DNA of 64,000 nucleotides from a virus. Its lineage: Duplodnaviria; Heunggongvirae; Uroviricota; Caudoviricetes. Shown piece by piece: positions 44,756 through 55,859 of this stretch. The stretch lies in IMG/VR virus record IMGVR_UViG_3300024303_000011; one strand, 5' to 3'. The notes under the pieces are model-generated. The model had not been told where the DNA came from. It saw only the letters and a program-made list of their open reading frames with translations, and ran no database searches. The translations under genes and the position numbers were made by a program. Every line of letters begins with the position of its first letter. The first letter of the stretch is position 1.

Positions 44756-45975
44756 GATATATTTTGTATATATTTACTAAATATCGTTACTGACCATTAT
44801 TAATGGCGGATAGTCATTTCTGGCTATCTCTCACATTTCACCATTAGATTATTGTGTGAGATCAGACTGTATATTAATTTCCATAAATATAGAAATGATA
44901 ACTTCAATATACATATTGCTATGCACATCCTGCAGTCGTTACGGATAAATGATATTCATAAATTGTTTTCTTTATTTCTTCTGTAGAAAATGTATATGGT
45001 ATGCGTAACAATGGAATGTTGTATTTTTCACAATAATTATTCTTAATAGCATCACGTTTTTGTCTGTCTTTAAATCCTTCAATGCCACCAAATAAATCTA
45101 TTGGTTCAAAATGTTGTTTACCATCGTACTCTATTAAATATAATAAATTAGAATTATTAAAAACCGCAAAATCAAATCTTAATACATTTACGCTTCTACA
45201 ATCACTAAATGAATATTGGGTATCAAACTCTGCATTTAATTCTTCTAATATATTAGTAATAAACCTTTCTCCCGATGATTGCAATGCACAACCGCATGAT
45301 GTGATATGATCATTATTAATCCTAGCGGGCAGCGCTGAAAACACGGTTCCACATATTCCACATCTACATTTCCACAACCACTGACCTTTATCGTTCATTA
45401 CGTCTTGACATAAAAACTCGATTCCATGATCAGAAATAACTCCAGCCCAATCTTTTGTATTGGCTTCTGAAGCCCTTTCTCTTTGCAAACATCCACATGA
45501 TTGTGTGTGCTCTCCAATAATATCTGCCTGCCATCCAATATATTTATTTCCGCAATCACATATACATTTTACTTTTGTTGGGTGCGTATTTGGAATAGTT
45601 TCCACTATTGTAAGCCTACCATATTTATTACCAATTACATTAATTCGTTGCTTCTCTGCTCTTCTCTTAATAGCACATTCATTACACGTCATATTTGGCC
45701 TCTTGCTTAAATTATCTGCAATAACATCTAATTCGTTTCCGCAATTACATCTACAGTGCCATCTCACTCTTCTTTTCTTTCCGTCTTTAATAATATCTTC
45801 TCCTCGATATAAAACAGTTAAATTTTCAAACTGTTTACCAGTTAAATCTATCAACTTCATAATATCCACCTCCTTTGTTCAATCATTTTGTTGTGTATTA
45901 TGAATATCAAGTCTTTCCTCGGTCTTGACTGTCTCCAGCCTTTAACCGATATAGTTATCTACGGGCAACTAATTT
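44735..45975 (-). mobile_element. candidate group I intron (~1.24 kb) interrupting tape-measure gene, with homing endonuclease ORF
   Basis: Upstream exon ends ..GTGGGT(U) and downstream exon follows ..TTG(G). Tape-measure core domain split across flanking ORFs. Intervening region has stops, own RBS and promoter-proximal ACAAAATGATTG motif (45880-45891, minus). Confidence 0.5.
44919..45869 (-). CDS. homing endonuclease: N-terminal CxxC Zn-finger repeats + C-terminal DUF559/Vsr-like PD-(D/E)xK nuclease
   Basis: VLRFDFAV...LIEYDGKQHF...DRQKRDAIKNNY...LLRIPY; AGGAGG RBS. Confidence 0.55.
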   Translation of the reverse strand: MDIMKLIDLTGKQFENLTVLYRGEDIIKDGKKRRVRWHCRCNCGNELDVIADNLSKRPNMTCNECAIKRRAEKQRINVIGNKYGRLTIVETIPNTHPTKVKCICDCGNKYIGWQADIIGEHTQSCGCLQRERASEANTKDWAGVISDHGIEFLCQDVMNDKGQWLWKCRCGICGTVFSALPARINNDHITSCGCALQSSGERFITNILEELNAEFDTQYSFSDCRSVNVLRFDFAVFNNSNLLYLIEYDGKQHFEPIDLFGGIEGFKDRQKRDAIKNNYCEKYNIPLLRIPYTFSTEEIKKTIYEYHLSVTTAGCA

Positions 45976-48900
45976 ACCCACTTCGTTTAGCACATCGACC
46001 ACATTCATACTTTGGCTAGCAGTATAACCAAATGCCTGTAATGTACTGGTCAATGCGCTCGTTGCTTCTTCAATACTCTGAAATTCTGATACGTTAAGCA
46101 ATACGGAAGTACTCTCGGCTAACTGGTGTGCCTCTTCCATTGAATATCCGAGTCTCGACCAGTCTGCTGTTGAGGATACAATTTCTTTTATCGTACTACC
46201 AACCTTACTAGCAGTCTTGCTTGCAGTATCTAAGAATCTATCATAAGACTCCTCTGTCTCATCGGTTACCTTGCGTAATTCTGTCAATGCAGAGTCTATC
46301 TCTCTAATATACTGAACACCACGTCTTAATTCTCCCCAAATTCTATAAATGGACGTAATGCTTGTAGTATATTGTAGAATAGATTTCATCTTTGCCTTCA
46401 TACTCTGCATAAAGCCAGCAAGTCCAGTCAAAGATTCGCGCTCTTGCTTCTGATACGCATACAAAGCATGAGTTGCATCATTATATTGAACGACCATATC
46501 CGCAACAGCGTGCTTGCTTGTGCGGAACGTATAAGTCATCCTCTGGTTTACAGCATCAAACTTAACACCCTCAATATTGGCCTGATGTAAAGTGTTTTCA
46601 ACAAAATCACGCATCTTGGCCTGCAGATTTCCAACTTCTTGTGCCGTTACACCAGTAGTATCGCCAAGATTTCTTTCTTCTCCGGTTTTTCTATCTTTAT
46701 ATGACCCAGATTGTTCAACTAAGTCCTTAAGTTTTTCTGCCTGTGTAACAGAAGACAAAAATCTCTTACCAAGCGTCTGTACCTGTGCAGCCTGTTGCTG
46801 AATTTGCTGTTGAATTTCAGGATTATTAATTTGATTGTTTTTTACATATCTTTCATAATCCGCATTTAGCTGTTGATAAGCAGCGATATATCCTGTTAAA
46901 ATTTCAGGATTATCGGTTGCCGTCAAATCAAATCCAAGTCCACCGGCTTGTGCTGTGCCGAAAATCTTGTTATACTGATTTTCAACTTGCTTTTTAGTTC
47001 CGGTTCCAACCATCCAACCTTTATTTTTGTTGATGGTCTTCTTGGCAAGTTCACCATACCTTAACGCCTCTTGACGCAACTCATACAGCTTTTCTTTTGC
47101 AGTATCAAATGTTTCGTGCCCATTCTTAATACCATCAACCAAGAATCGAATACCATCTTTGGCTTCATAGAAGGCGTCAAAATTCTTATCACCGGCCATC
47201 AAATAACCGTCTTGCACAGCCTGCTGAAGCGCTTCATCATATCTCTCAATTTTAGCAACCATAGGATCGAGAGCATCCGTAGACTTATTGGATGTCATTG
47301 CAATCTGCTGATACAACTCGTTCCATTCCAAGGTAACCTTGCTAATCTTGCCTTCCGCATCAGTCAAAGTATATTGCAACTTATCATTATCAAAGCTAGT
47401 AAAGGAGTATTCGGAATCATTCGCGCTAGCATGACTTCTTGCATATCCTTCCATCGCTGCACGAACATCATCTTCTCGACTATGACGTTGATATCCAATG
47501 TTGAAGCCAAATACATTATCTGGATTTTGTGCCCGGAAATTCTTAAAATCTATGGATGTCTTCTGAACATTCTTACCAAGAGCTATAACTCTTTCGGACA
47601 ATGCCATTATGTAATCGAGTTCTTCCTTGGAGGCGCTCGCTCCACCATTAGCCATACGGTTCCATATATCTGCAACATACTTCTCCATATTAGCCATAGC
47701 TTCTTTATAAGCATCTAGACCAAAAGAACGAGCATTGTCCATAAACATTGCTTGCTCAGCAGGATTGTCGCCAATCGCAACATTCGCCATAACGGTTTCG
47801 TTATAACGCATTGCCTTATTTACATTCTGGAACGCATTGGCAAGCGCCGTCTCAGCGGTCATAAACTCCTTGACTTGTCCTGTTGCTCTATCAACCTCAA
47901 GCGCATATTGCTGAATCGTACCATTCTTAAGTATATCAACAAGCAGTCTTGTGCCATTAGGCGTCTCTGATATACCATTAAAGGCAATATTATCACCTGG
48001 ATTCAGACCATTCTTAGTGTATCTTGCGGTTGCCAAACTCTTGAGACTATCTCCAGCATTAGCAAGATCTGCACCTTCAAAAATCTTAATAGCCTCTTTA
48101 CCATTTAAGAATTTATCTTTGCTAATGATAAGTTTATTCAGTTTTTCTTCTGCGGCATCTAATTCAGGTAACAACTTATCAAACTGGGCCTGTAAACCTT
48201 CTTGTTTAGGATTCTTCTTAAATTCTTCCGTTAGGCGCAAAAACTCGGCATACTTATTTGTGTAATCAACAAGCGCCAACTGAGCATCCGTTCCAATACC
48301 GAATTCTTTGTCAAGACCAAGATTATTAAATGCTCTATTAGTCGCTATTGCGGCCTTAGTGTATTTATCGCTAATCTGATTTGACCAAGTCTTATTACCC
48401 TTCGCATCAGTCTTTTCAGTAGTAGTCATTAATTCTGCGCCGACACGCTCTACCGTCTTTTTAATTGCACGACCGGTGGACTCCTGAAGCATATCTGCAG
48501 CAACCTTCGCATCCTCTTTAAGCATGCCTTGAACCGCACTATCACGAGTTTCTGTTTCTGTATATTTAGATTCAATGCCCTTAATGCCTAGCATCTTAAC
48601 GAGACCTTGAGGAGTAATCTCATTAAATGCTCTGCTAACATATTTAGCACCAAACTTATCAGCCGTTGTTGATAATGCTTCAAAATTCTGCTCTGTTTTA
48701 GCCAACGCATCCAACAGACCATTAACATCTTGCACGCCATCCATATCCAAAACAGTCATATTGTTCTTGGAAAGCAATATCTGTTTTGTGATTCCGTCCG
48801 CGAAGTCGGAAGCAAATAAGCTTAAATCATCTTTTGAAAAATATGGATCGTCTTCGTTGGCATGAGTATGAACCTGCGCATTCAAGTCCATAACATCTTT

Positions 48901-51900
48901 ATACGCAGAACGAAGAATATTTAATCTTTCCGCAGAAATCTGTTTATCATCACCAGTGATAGAGTTGGACATAGTTCCAGTTGCCAAATCAACATAAGCA
49001 ACTCGTTCTTTGCCTTCCCAAGTATCACTCTCAAGCATTCTTCTGAATTGTTCCAGTAAGTCTTGTGCAGAGTTTGCCTTGCCAGCGCCAGCCATAGCAT
49101 TTTTCTTTGCAATTTCGCCAAGCGCAGACAACACCTTACTAAGAGTACTCTCCTGTGCCAACTCTGTGCGCATAATGCCAATGATGCCGCCTTGCGATGT
49201 TGCTGATTTATCCGTAGGTTGATTATTATCAATTTGAGGAGTAGTATTTTCTGTTTGGTCAGCTACAACCCTTTCCCCAACATTATTAATAGCATCAACG
49301 ATTGGCCGGTTTTCTTGTTCAGGTGTTTCTTCATCAAATCCGTCATTTTCTATACCAAGCATACCTGCCAGATTTGTTTTCATATCTTTGACTTCACTGA
49401 GTTCTTTTTCCAATTCATGTTTTTCTATTTGAGCAGATTCGTCGTGTTTTAGCTCTAACTCACCAATTCTCTTCAAAAGATCATTAATGTGTGTAGTTGC
49501 TTTTTTATAAGCTTCGGCTATTTGTTCTTTGGACACTGCATCAGATGCAGTCGCAGGCTCAACCTTAGCTTCGTTTCTAACTTTTTCCCTAATGTCTGCA
49601 CCAATCTCTCGTGCTCTTCTTTGATGCAAAATTTTCTGACCATGCTTTTCAGCTTCAGCGTCCCAATCTTCTTCTGTGGCCGCAAATGACACGGAATAGC
49701 CATTATCTCTAAGTTTTTTCATAAAGGCTGTTTTACTAGTAGATTCACCAGTAACCATATCCCATTTAGCATCGTCGTCACCTTTATATTTGGCCCAAGC
49801 ACTAAACATCTTGAGCTGCTTTTCTGTTTCGGTTGTCTTTTTCTTTTCGTTCTCAAGTTGTTGTTCGCTCTCCACAGTCTCCTGTTTAGAACCCTTATAC
49901 ACGCCTCTGTCGGTCAGTAATTTTAAGACTTTATCAAGCTCCACACTTTCATCAGAAGTAATCTTCTCGTCGCTTAAAGCCTGATGCAAATGTCTAAATT
50001 TCTTAATCAGTTCGTCGTTACTAAGTTGATTGATATCTACATCTTTTTGATTACGGCCTAATTTAGCACCGTATCCAAGCTTAATTAAATTATCTGCAAG
50101 ATCCTTAACTGAAGCGACCATTAAAGATTTGACATCGCCCAACTTCTTTACTTCGGAACGCTCTAATACCGCATTATATTTTAAGTATTTGGTACCATCT
50201 TTGCGAGTATCACTTGTTACACCTTCGTCTTTTAACTTACCAGTATAAGCAAAAACCATATTGGCAAGCTTATATTGCTCTTGCAAATACTCAACAGTAC
50301 CTTTATTCATGCCATTGAGCTTCTTAACCTGGTCAGCCATTTTACCTAAAACAGACTGTTTATCGAGGTCTTTTAATTCTTTTTGTAAATCAGACGCCGC
50401 ATTTTTAATAGCATTGAATTGGGTCTGTCCCTCAGCGTTTAATCGATCTTTTTGCTTTGCAGACTTAGACTGACCACCAGAACTTCTTTCTGCCTCTTGT
50501 TCCGCTTTTCTTTGCTTTTCTTCGGCAATAACTCTTGCTTGTTCTTCTCTTCTTCTTGCTTCTCTCTCTTCTCTTCCTCGTGCCTTCTCTGCGTCTAAAG
50601 CAGCACTAGCCTCACCACCACCACTCAGCATCTCAAAGATTGCTCGAAGTGTAGTTTCTGTGGCTATATCAGAACTGTCAACATCAATTGAACCGACAGA
50701 TACTCCAGAAATACCTTCTTTAATGGCGGAAATAAGTTCTCCAAAAATACCGCCTGGTTTTGTTGTGTTACCAGATGTAGCTTGACTACTCTCTAGTTCC
50801 TGAGTTGCATAACCAAGCTTTTTGTTGGCATTCGCCATTGTGTCAAGAATTCTCTGACGAGCCTCCAGTTTCTTATCATAGGCATATTGTGCGGCAGCAG
50901 CCTCTGTAGAGTCTTTGCCGTGTTGTGCAATTGCCTCGTTCATTGCTTTTTCAAGCGTAGCAATTTCACCGTTGATTTTCTTAAGACTTTCTTTTGATTT
51001 AATAAGCTTGTCTGTGTAATAAATCTGTCTTTCTTCTGCGGACCATTTAGAATCTTCTTTCTCTTTGATTCTTAATTCTGCTAATTTTTCTCTGTTAAGA
51101 ATCAATCTTTGATAATCTTGTATCTCTTGATTTAATAATGCAAGTTTCTTTTCTTTTTCTTTAACATCAATAGACTCGTCTGCTTCAATTTCTGCCTTCT
51201 GTCGCGTCAACTGATCGATCTGTTGCTGATAAAGAATTTGCTCTTTAATAAGATCATCATTCTTAATATCATCATATTGTAAACCACCGTAAGATAACGC
51301 CTTATCTCGTTCGGTTTTTATGGTTTGAATCAACGTTTCAAGATCTTTAAGACGAACACCGTCTTCACCAGTTAAAATTTCTTTGCGACTTTTTAGTTCA
51401 TCTAAAATATGCTTTTTAACGTCACGAATAATTTGTGTACTTTCAACAGCACTGTCTGAACCTTCGTCCCACTTAAATTCTGTACCTTCAAGCATACCTT
51501 TATCGTTAATATGGAGAGATTCTCTAAATTTATCGACAATGGCCTTTGTTTGTGCTTCAAGGGTTTCATAGAGTTGCTTTCTAAGGTTGTAAACCTCTTC
51601 AGACATTTGAGTCGGTTCAACCTGGAACTGTGCATCATTAAGACCAAGCTGTTCTTTAAGTTGTGCGCGCGTCTTTGATCTAAATTCTTCTACAAGTTGT
51701 AATTTATATTGACTATATGCTCTATCACCATAACCAGCCTTAAGTCCATATTTATTGACTTGTTGTTCCCACTTATCAATATCTGCAACTCCATCTGTTA
51801 TAGCTCTTCTTTGTTCGTATGCCTCAATGAGTTGAAGTTGATATTGTTTTGCGTGTTTAAGTGCATAATCTTTTTTGTCTAGGTCTTGATTTGTTTGATA

Positions 51901-54900
51901 TAGTTCTTTTATGTCATTTTGCACTTTTTCATACTCAGATAACTTCGCGTCAATATCTTTTTGGTCGGCACCCTTTTGTCTTAACGCATTAATTTCTTGT
52001 AATAAATTGCGTTCCTTCTCAAACAATGTACTGTACTGTTCTAAGAAACTTGCGTCTGCCTGACCACGATTAAATACATTTAATTCCTGCTCAAAAGTTC
52101 TTAATAAGTTTTGGTCTGTTTCCAATGCGCTCTGTTGTTCTTTTAATTGTAATTCTACTTGTGCTAATAAAGATCTTCTGTCGCCAGAAACATTTGCAGG
52201 AACTGTATTTTTTCGTCTAGTAAGCTGCCTCTTAGTATTTGTAATTTGTTTTTTTAGTTCTTCCTTTTTTGCAGAATCGGTTTCTTTGTTAAGTTGTGAT
52301 TCAAGATCAGATAACTGTCTTTCAAGGCGCTGTACTTCAGAGCTAGTATAATTCTTATTCCACTTTTCTATATTGCTTGACTGCTTCGCATCATAAAATG
52401 CAACATCAGCATATCCATCAAGCTTTGCAAATTGGCCGGTAACGTTCTTTAATTTAGACAGTGTATTTTGTAGCTTTCCTACGGTGTCTTGTTTTGCGCT
52501 TTCACTTAAAGAAGAATTATTTAATATTGCAACATATTCTTCAGCTTCGGCATATAAACGATTTTTGATCTCAATAAGCTGAGACGCAATCTGTTGTGCC
52601 TCTTCTGTTGCTTTATTAATATTTACTTTATTTTGTTCTTCTAAATCGCTAATTAATTTAGATGCATATCCTCTATTTTCAGTAAGCCGTTTATCTACTT
52701 CACTCTTTTGCGTTTTATATACAGACAGGCGTTTATCTACGTCCGACTTATTAAACAACACATCCTTATAAAGATTCGCCTCTGTGATATTTCCACTTTC
52801 AACCGCATTTTTTCTTAATGCTTCTAATTCCTCTTTATTTAATGCTTGAGCGTTTTCAATAGCAGCAATATTGTCTGTTAATTCTTGCGCAACCTTGGTA
52901 TCGGATTGTATATTTTTTAATAATGTCTGTAATCTATAAGATAATTCCGATTGCTCTTGGCTTAAACCATCGTTACTGAAATTAAACTCCCCGCCAGACT
53001 TTAATGAGGAACGCGAAGTTCTAGTAATTTGGTCTATTAAATTTCTTCTATTTTTCGATCTTTGAAATTCATCATATTTTACTGACTGAATATCAGTACT
53101 TCCAGCAATTCCACTAATACTATTTTCTAATTGATTTTTTTGCTCTAATAAAGCATTAACAGACTTTCTCTCTGATTCAATTCGTTTACGTATACTTTCA
53201 ATCTCGCTCTGTAGTGAGGTAATCTCTCTCTTATAAGTATCTTCAGACCAACCAGGAGTAATTCTATCGCCTTCTAATGGCTTAAAGCTTGTTACCTTAA
53301 TCTCTTTATTAAGAATATCCTGCTCATATTCTTTTCTATATTGATGATCTTGTCTGCCCTGTTCTCTTAACGTTCTACCTTCAGCTTTATGTTCTCCTCT
53401 TTCGTCAGCCAAATTGTATGTGCCGATATCTTGATAAGAACGTGGATCAACAATAATTGCGTCTTCCGGTATTTTCAAAAAGTCTTTGGGACTATTAATT
53501 GCAACAGGTTTGTTTCGTCCCTGAATAAAAATATCGCCCTTAAAATCAGCATATTGTTTTTGAAGACGATTGAACACTTCCTTAGAACTTTCGTAGAATC
53601 TAATTGCAGCATCTTGAAATGCTTTAACTTCTTCCGAATTCGTACTATCGCCCAGTGCCTTGCGAGCGTCTCTTAACTCTTCTAATGATTTTGTATCCCA
53701 ACCATTTTTTGCAAAATAATCTATGGTTTTTTTAATATCTTCAATTTTAATTTTGCCAAAATCTTCTGCTGTTGCACCGTCTTTCATGGCTTTGGCTGAA
53801 GATTTTAACTTAGGACGGAACTTATTTAACAGAGCAAGTCCACGTCCAGACTTAGCGGCACTTTCATATATCTGCATGTTGCCAGTTCTCTGTTGCCACT
53901 CTTCTAATGTTTCCATGGGGATTTCTAACATTCTGAAGAGCTCGCCAATATCACCTTTAAGGACATTCAGAGCCTTACCTGCACCCGTATCTGGCTTCAA
54001 TGACTTATATTTAGAGAAAAAGTTTGCAATTTGAGCAACAATTGTAGATCCGGTTGCATGACCCATGTCATCTTCACGCATCCACGCGTCTTGAAGCATA
54101 GCTCGAATTTCAGAGTCATTCACTGCCCCAGCTCTAATAAGAGACGTATCAATACCGCTGTCAGTTAACCATTGATCAACGGATCTGCCTGCTTTGCTGT
54201 TTTGTGAGAGTTTAGCAAATTTCTTTAATGATTCAACGACTTTATCAATATGTATTGTGGTCTCATCTAATGTTTTAACATACTTTATGCTGCTCTCATT
54301 GGCCGAATCGGTTGCTTCACTTACTTCCTCTGAGGTAGTGGTTGTATCACCAAAATCAAATGTTGGCATCGCCTTGCCTGACAAAGCGGCCTGGATGGCA
54401 GAATAAAATGCAGAAGCCATCATCTTTGGATCAAACGTTGCAGTACCACCTGATGAGCCAAGCACAGCGCCTGAATCCTTAACAACGTTTTCTATTCTTC
54501 TCTTTAACTCTTCTTCATTAATAATGATGTCGAGCTCGTGTCCAGACTCATAGAAATATTGTTGTAGACTATCCATTAATGAGTTACCGAAGTTAAATTC
54601 AAAGTCGCCACTCTTGAATTTAAGCATCTTCAGCATTTCTTCGCGCCATTTCTTTGTCTTTTCTTTAGTTCTATCTTGCATTTTGTCAATTGCAGATTCA
54701 AACTTTGAAAGACCAGACTGAGAAATTACATCCTCGGTTTCTTGCTCAGAGTCTACGGTTTTCTTTTTCTTCTTTTTATTTAGACTAAATGAGTCATCAA
54801 TATTGACTTTAATTGTATGTAATTTCTTTTCGTTTATTTTATCTACAAAAGTATTAATCTTCTTTACAAAGTCAGCTTGTTTAGGTAGGTCGATAGACAA

Positions 54901-55842
54901 ATTAAGCCCTTTGAGATTCTTCGTTAGCTTATCAGCCAGGTCTAATTCAAATGCCTTTTGAACTTCGTCTTCGTATCTCTGTTTTGCATCCTTAGCATAA
55001 TCAACTTGTGCGTCAATAAAATTCTTAAATTCTTGTAAATTTTGCTCTGTAATTGTGGTATTAACAAGAGCGATGCCGGATTTGGGATCTTTTTCAGCCT
55101 GCTTAACCCACTTCATAATATCCAAGATTTCTTGCGCAGCTAATGCGGCGCTCTCCCTTGTGGCACCATATAATTCAGATTTACCAGATTTGTATTCAGC
55201 ATTTAATGCATTTAGCCTCTTAGAAACTTCTACAGCCGACTTAAAATCATATTTTTGGTTCTGCGTTTTATTTAATAACGTCAAAAATTTTTGTGTGTCT
55301 TTATATTCTTTTTGAATCTTTGCAGACACATTATGCACACGAGTTACAATAACATCACCCATGCCATCGATTGCCTTAGTTGCTTGCTTTGTGGCAGTAG
55401 ACACGTCTATCTTCGGCGCAATATCAAACCCAAGATCTCCAAAAGAAGCACCTAGCTCCGCTATCGAACCTTTCAGTGGTTCAATAATCTTGGCCAGATC
55501 GGAAAGCTGCTTGTTCATATTAGAGAATGTTTGTGCAAACACCTTTCCGCTCTTAGCCCAGTCTTCTGCTGGGTTCAATGTTTTCATCTCGTTAAAGACT
55601 TCGCGCATAAACTTGAGTTCTTCCTCAAGCCCACTAACTATTGCAGAGTTACCAGGATTTTTCTTTGCCGCTTTCGCCTGAGCGTTCAAACCGTCCATTC
55701 TTGCCTGAACAACTTCTTTAATTTCCTTCTTTTCACGCGCAGTCAGCTTAGATATTTCTCCGCTAGTATTTTTAAGCTGCTTTTTAAGTTGGCTATCATC
55801 GGCCAACAAATTAATAATATAATCTACTCTAATTCCTGCCAT
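45955..55842 (-). CDS. tail tape measure protein, 5' exon (3295 aa ORF; coding probably ends at 45976 before splicing)
   Basis: C-terminus ...EEAHQLAESTSVLLNVSEFQSIEEATSALTSTLQAFG...NVVDVLNEVG is the first half of the TP901-type tape-measure core; very long coiled coil. Confidence 0.55.
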   Translation of the reverse strand: MAGIRVDYIINLLADDSQLKKQLKNTSGEISKLTAREKKEIKEVVQARMDGLNAQAKAAKKNPGNSAIVSGLEEELKFMREVFNEMKTLNPAEDWAKSGKVFAQTFSNMNKQLSDLAKIIEPLKGSIAELGASFGDLGFDIAPKIDVSTATKQATKAIDGMGDVIVTRVHNVSAKIQKEYKDTQKFLTLLNKTQNQKYDFKSAVEVSKRLNALNAEYKSGKSELYGATRESAALAAQEILDIMKWVKQAEKDPKSGIALVNTTITEQNLQEFKNFIDAQVDYAKDAKQRYEDEVQKAFELDLADKLTKNLKGLNLSIDLPKQADFVKKINTFVDKINEKKLHTIKVNIDDSFSLNKKKKKKTVDSEQETEDVISQSGLSKFESAIDKMQDRTKEKTKKWREEMLKMLKFKSGDFEFNFGNSLMDSLQQYFYESGHELDIIINEEELKRRIENVVKDSGAVLGSSGGTATFDPKMMASAFYSAIQAALSGKAMPTFDFGDTTTTSEEVSEATDSANESSIKYVKTLDETTIHIDKVVESLKKFAKLSQNSKAGRSVDQWLTDSGIDTSLIRAGAVNDSEIRAMLQDAWMREDDMGHATGSTIVAQIANFFSKYKSLKPDTGAGKALNVLKGDIGELFRMLEIPMETLEEWQQRTGNMQIYESAAKSGRGLALLNKFRPKLKSSAKAMKDGATAEDFGKIKIEDIKKTIDYFAKNGWDTKSLEELRDARKALGDSTNSEEVKAFQDAAIRFYESSKEVFNRLQKQYADFKGDIFIQGRNKPVAINSPKDFLKIPEDAIIVDPRSYQDIGTYNLADERGEHKAEGRTLREQGRQDHQYRKEYEQDILNKEIKVTSFKPLEGDRITPGWSEDTYKREITSLQSEIESIRKRIESERKSVNALLEQKNQLENSISGIAGSTDIQSVKYDEFQRSKNRRNLIDQITRTSRSSLKSGGEFNFSNDGLSQEQSELSYRLQTLLKNIQSDTKVAQELTDNIAAIENAQALNKEELEALRKNAVESGNITEANLYKDVLFNKSDVDKRLSVYKTQKSEVDKRLTENRGYASKLISDLEEQNKVNINKATEEAQQIASQLIEIKNRLYAEAEEYVAILNNSSLSESAKQDTVGKLQNTLSKLKNVTGQFAKLDGYADVAFYDAKQSSNIEKWNKNYTSSEVQRLERQLSDLESQLNKETDSAKKEELKKQITNTKRQLTRRKNTVPANVSGDRRSLLAQVELQLKEQQSALETDQNLLRTFEQELNVFNRGQADASFLEQYSTLFEKERNLLQEINALRQKGADQKDIDAKLSEYEKVQNDIKELYQTNQDLDKKDYALKHAKQYQLQLIEAYEQRRAITDGVADIDKWEQQVNKYGLKAGYGDRAYSQYKLQLVEEFRSKTRAQLKEQLGLNDAQFQVEPTQMSEEVYNLRKQLYETLEAQTKAIVDKFRESLHINDKGMLEGTEFKWDEGSDSAVESTQIIRDVKKHILDELKSRKEILTGEDGVRLKDLETLIQTIKTERDKALSYGGLQYDDIKNDDLIKEQILYQQQIDQLTRQKAEIEADESIDVKEKEKKLALLNQEIQDYQRLILNREKLAELRIKEKEDSKWSAEERQIYYTDKLIKSKESLKKINGEIATLEKAMNEAIAQHGKDSTEAAAAQYAYDKKLEARQRILDTMANANKKLGYATQELESSQATSGNTTKPGGIFGELISAIKEGISGVSVGSIDVDSSDIATETTLRAIFEMLSGGGEASAALDAEKARGREEREARRREEQARVIAEEKQRKAEQEAERSSGGQSKSAKQKDRLNAEGQTQFNAIKNAASDLQKELKDLDKQSVLGKMADQVKKLNGMNKGTVEYLQEQYKLANMVFAYTGKLKDEGVTSDTRKDGTKYLKYNAVLERSEVKKLGDVKSLMVASVKDLADNLIKLGYGAKLGRNQKDVDINQLSNDELIKKFRHLHQALSDEKITSDESVELDKVLKLLTDRGVYKGSKQETVESEQQLENEKKKTTETEKQLKMFSAWAKYKGDDDAKWDMVTGESTSKTAFMKKLRDNGYSVSFAATEEDWDAEAEKHGQKILHQRRAREIGADIREKVRNEAKVEPATASDAVSKEQIAEAYKKATTHINDLLKRIGELELKHDESAQIEKHELEKELSEVKDMKTNLAGMLGIENDGFDEETPEQENRPIVDAINNVGERVVADQTENTTPQIDNNQPTDKSATSQGGIIGIMRTELAQESTLSKVLSALGEIAKKNAMAGAGKANSAQDLLEQFRRMLESDTWEGKERVAYVDLATGTMSNSITGDDKQISAERLNILRSAYKDVMDLNAQVHTHANEDDPYFSKDDLSLFASDFADGITKQILLSKNNMTVLDMDGVQDVNGLLDALAKTEQNFEALSTTADKFGAKYVSRAFNEITPQGLVKMLGIKGIESKYTETETRDSAVQGMLKEDAKVAADMLQESTGRAIKKTVERVGAELMTTTEKTDAKGNKTWSNQISDKYTKAAIATNRAFNNLGLDKEFGIGTDAQLALVDYTNKYAEFLRLTEEFKKNPKQEGLQAQFDKLLPELDAAEEKLNKLIISKDKFLNGKEAIKIFEGADLANAGDSLKSLATARYTKNGLNPGDNIAFNGISETPNGTRLLVDILKNGTIQQYALEVDRATGQVKEFMTAETALANAFQNVNKAMRYNETVMANVAIGDNPAEQAMFMDNARSFGLDAYKEAMANMEKYVADIWNRMANGGASASKEELDYIMALSERVIALGKNVQKTSIDFKNFRAQNPDNVFGFNIGYQRHSREDDVRAAMEGYARSHASANDSEYSFTSFDNDKLQYTLTDAEGKISKVTLEWNELYQQIAMTSNKSTDALDPMVAKIERYDEALQQAVQDGYLMAGDKNFDAFYEAKDGIRFLVDGIKNGHETFDTAKEKLYELRQEALRYGELAKKTINKNKGWMVGTGTKKQVENQYNKIFGTAQAGGLGFDLTATDNPEILTGYIAAYQQLNADYERYVKNNQINNPEIQQQIQQQAAQVQTLGKRFLSSVTQAEKLKDLVEQSGSYKDRKTGEERNLGDTTGVTAQEVGNLQAKMRDFVENTLHQANIEGVKFDAVNQRMTYTFRTSKHAVADMVVQYNDATHALYAYQKQERESLTGLAGFMQSMKAKMKSILQYTTSITSIYRIWGELRRGVQYIREIDSALTELRKVTDETEESYDRFLDTASKTASKVGSTIKEIVSSTADWSRLGYSMEEAHQLAESTSVLLNVSEFQSIEEATSALTSTLQAFGYTASQSMNVVDVLNEVGKLVARR

Positions 55843-55859
55843 AATTATTCACCATCCTT

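Noticed and set aside
44735-45975. Intein instead of intron in the tape measure
   Set aside because: The intervening sequence is not in frame with the exons, contains stop codons and an independent RBS and start for the endonuclease.
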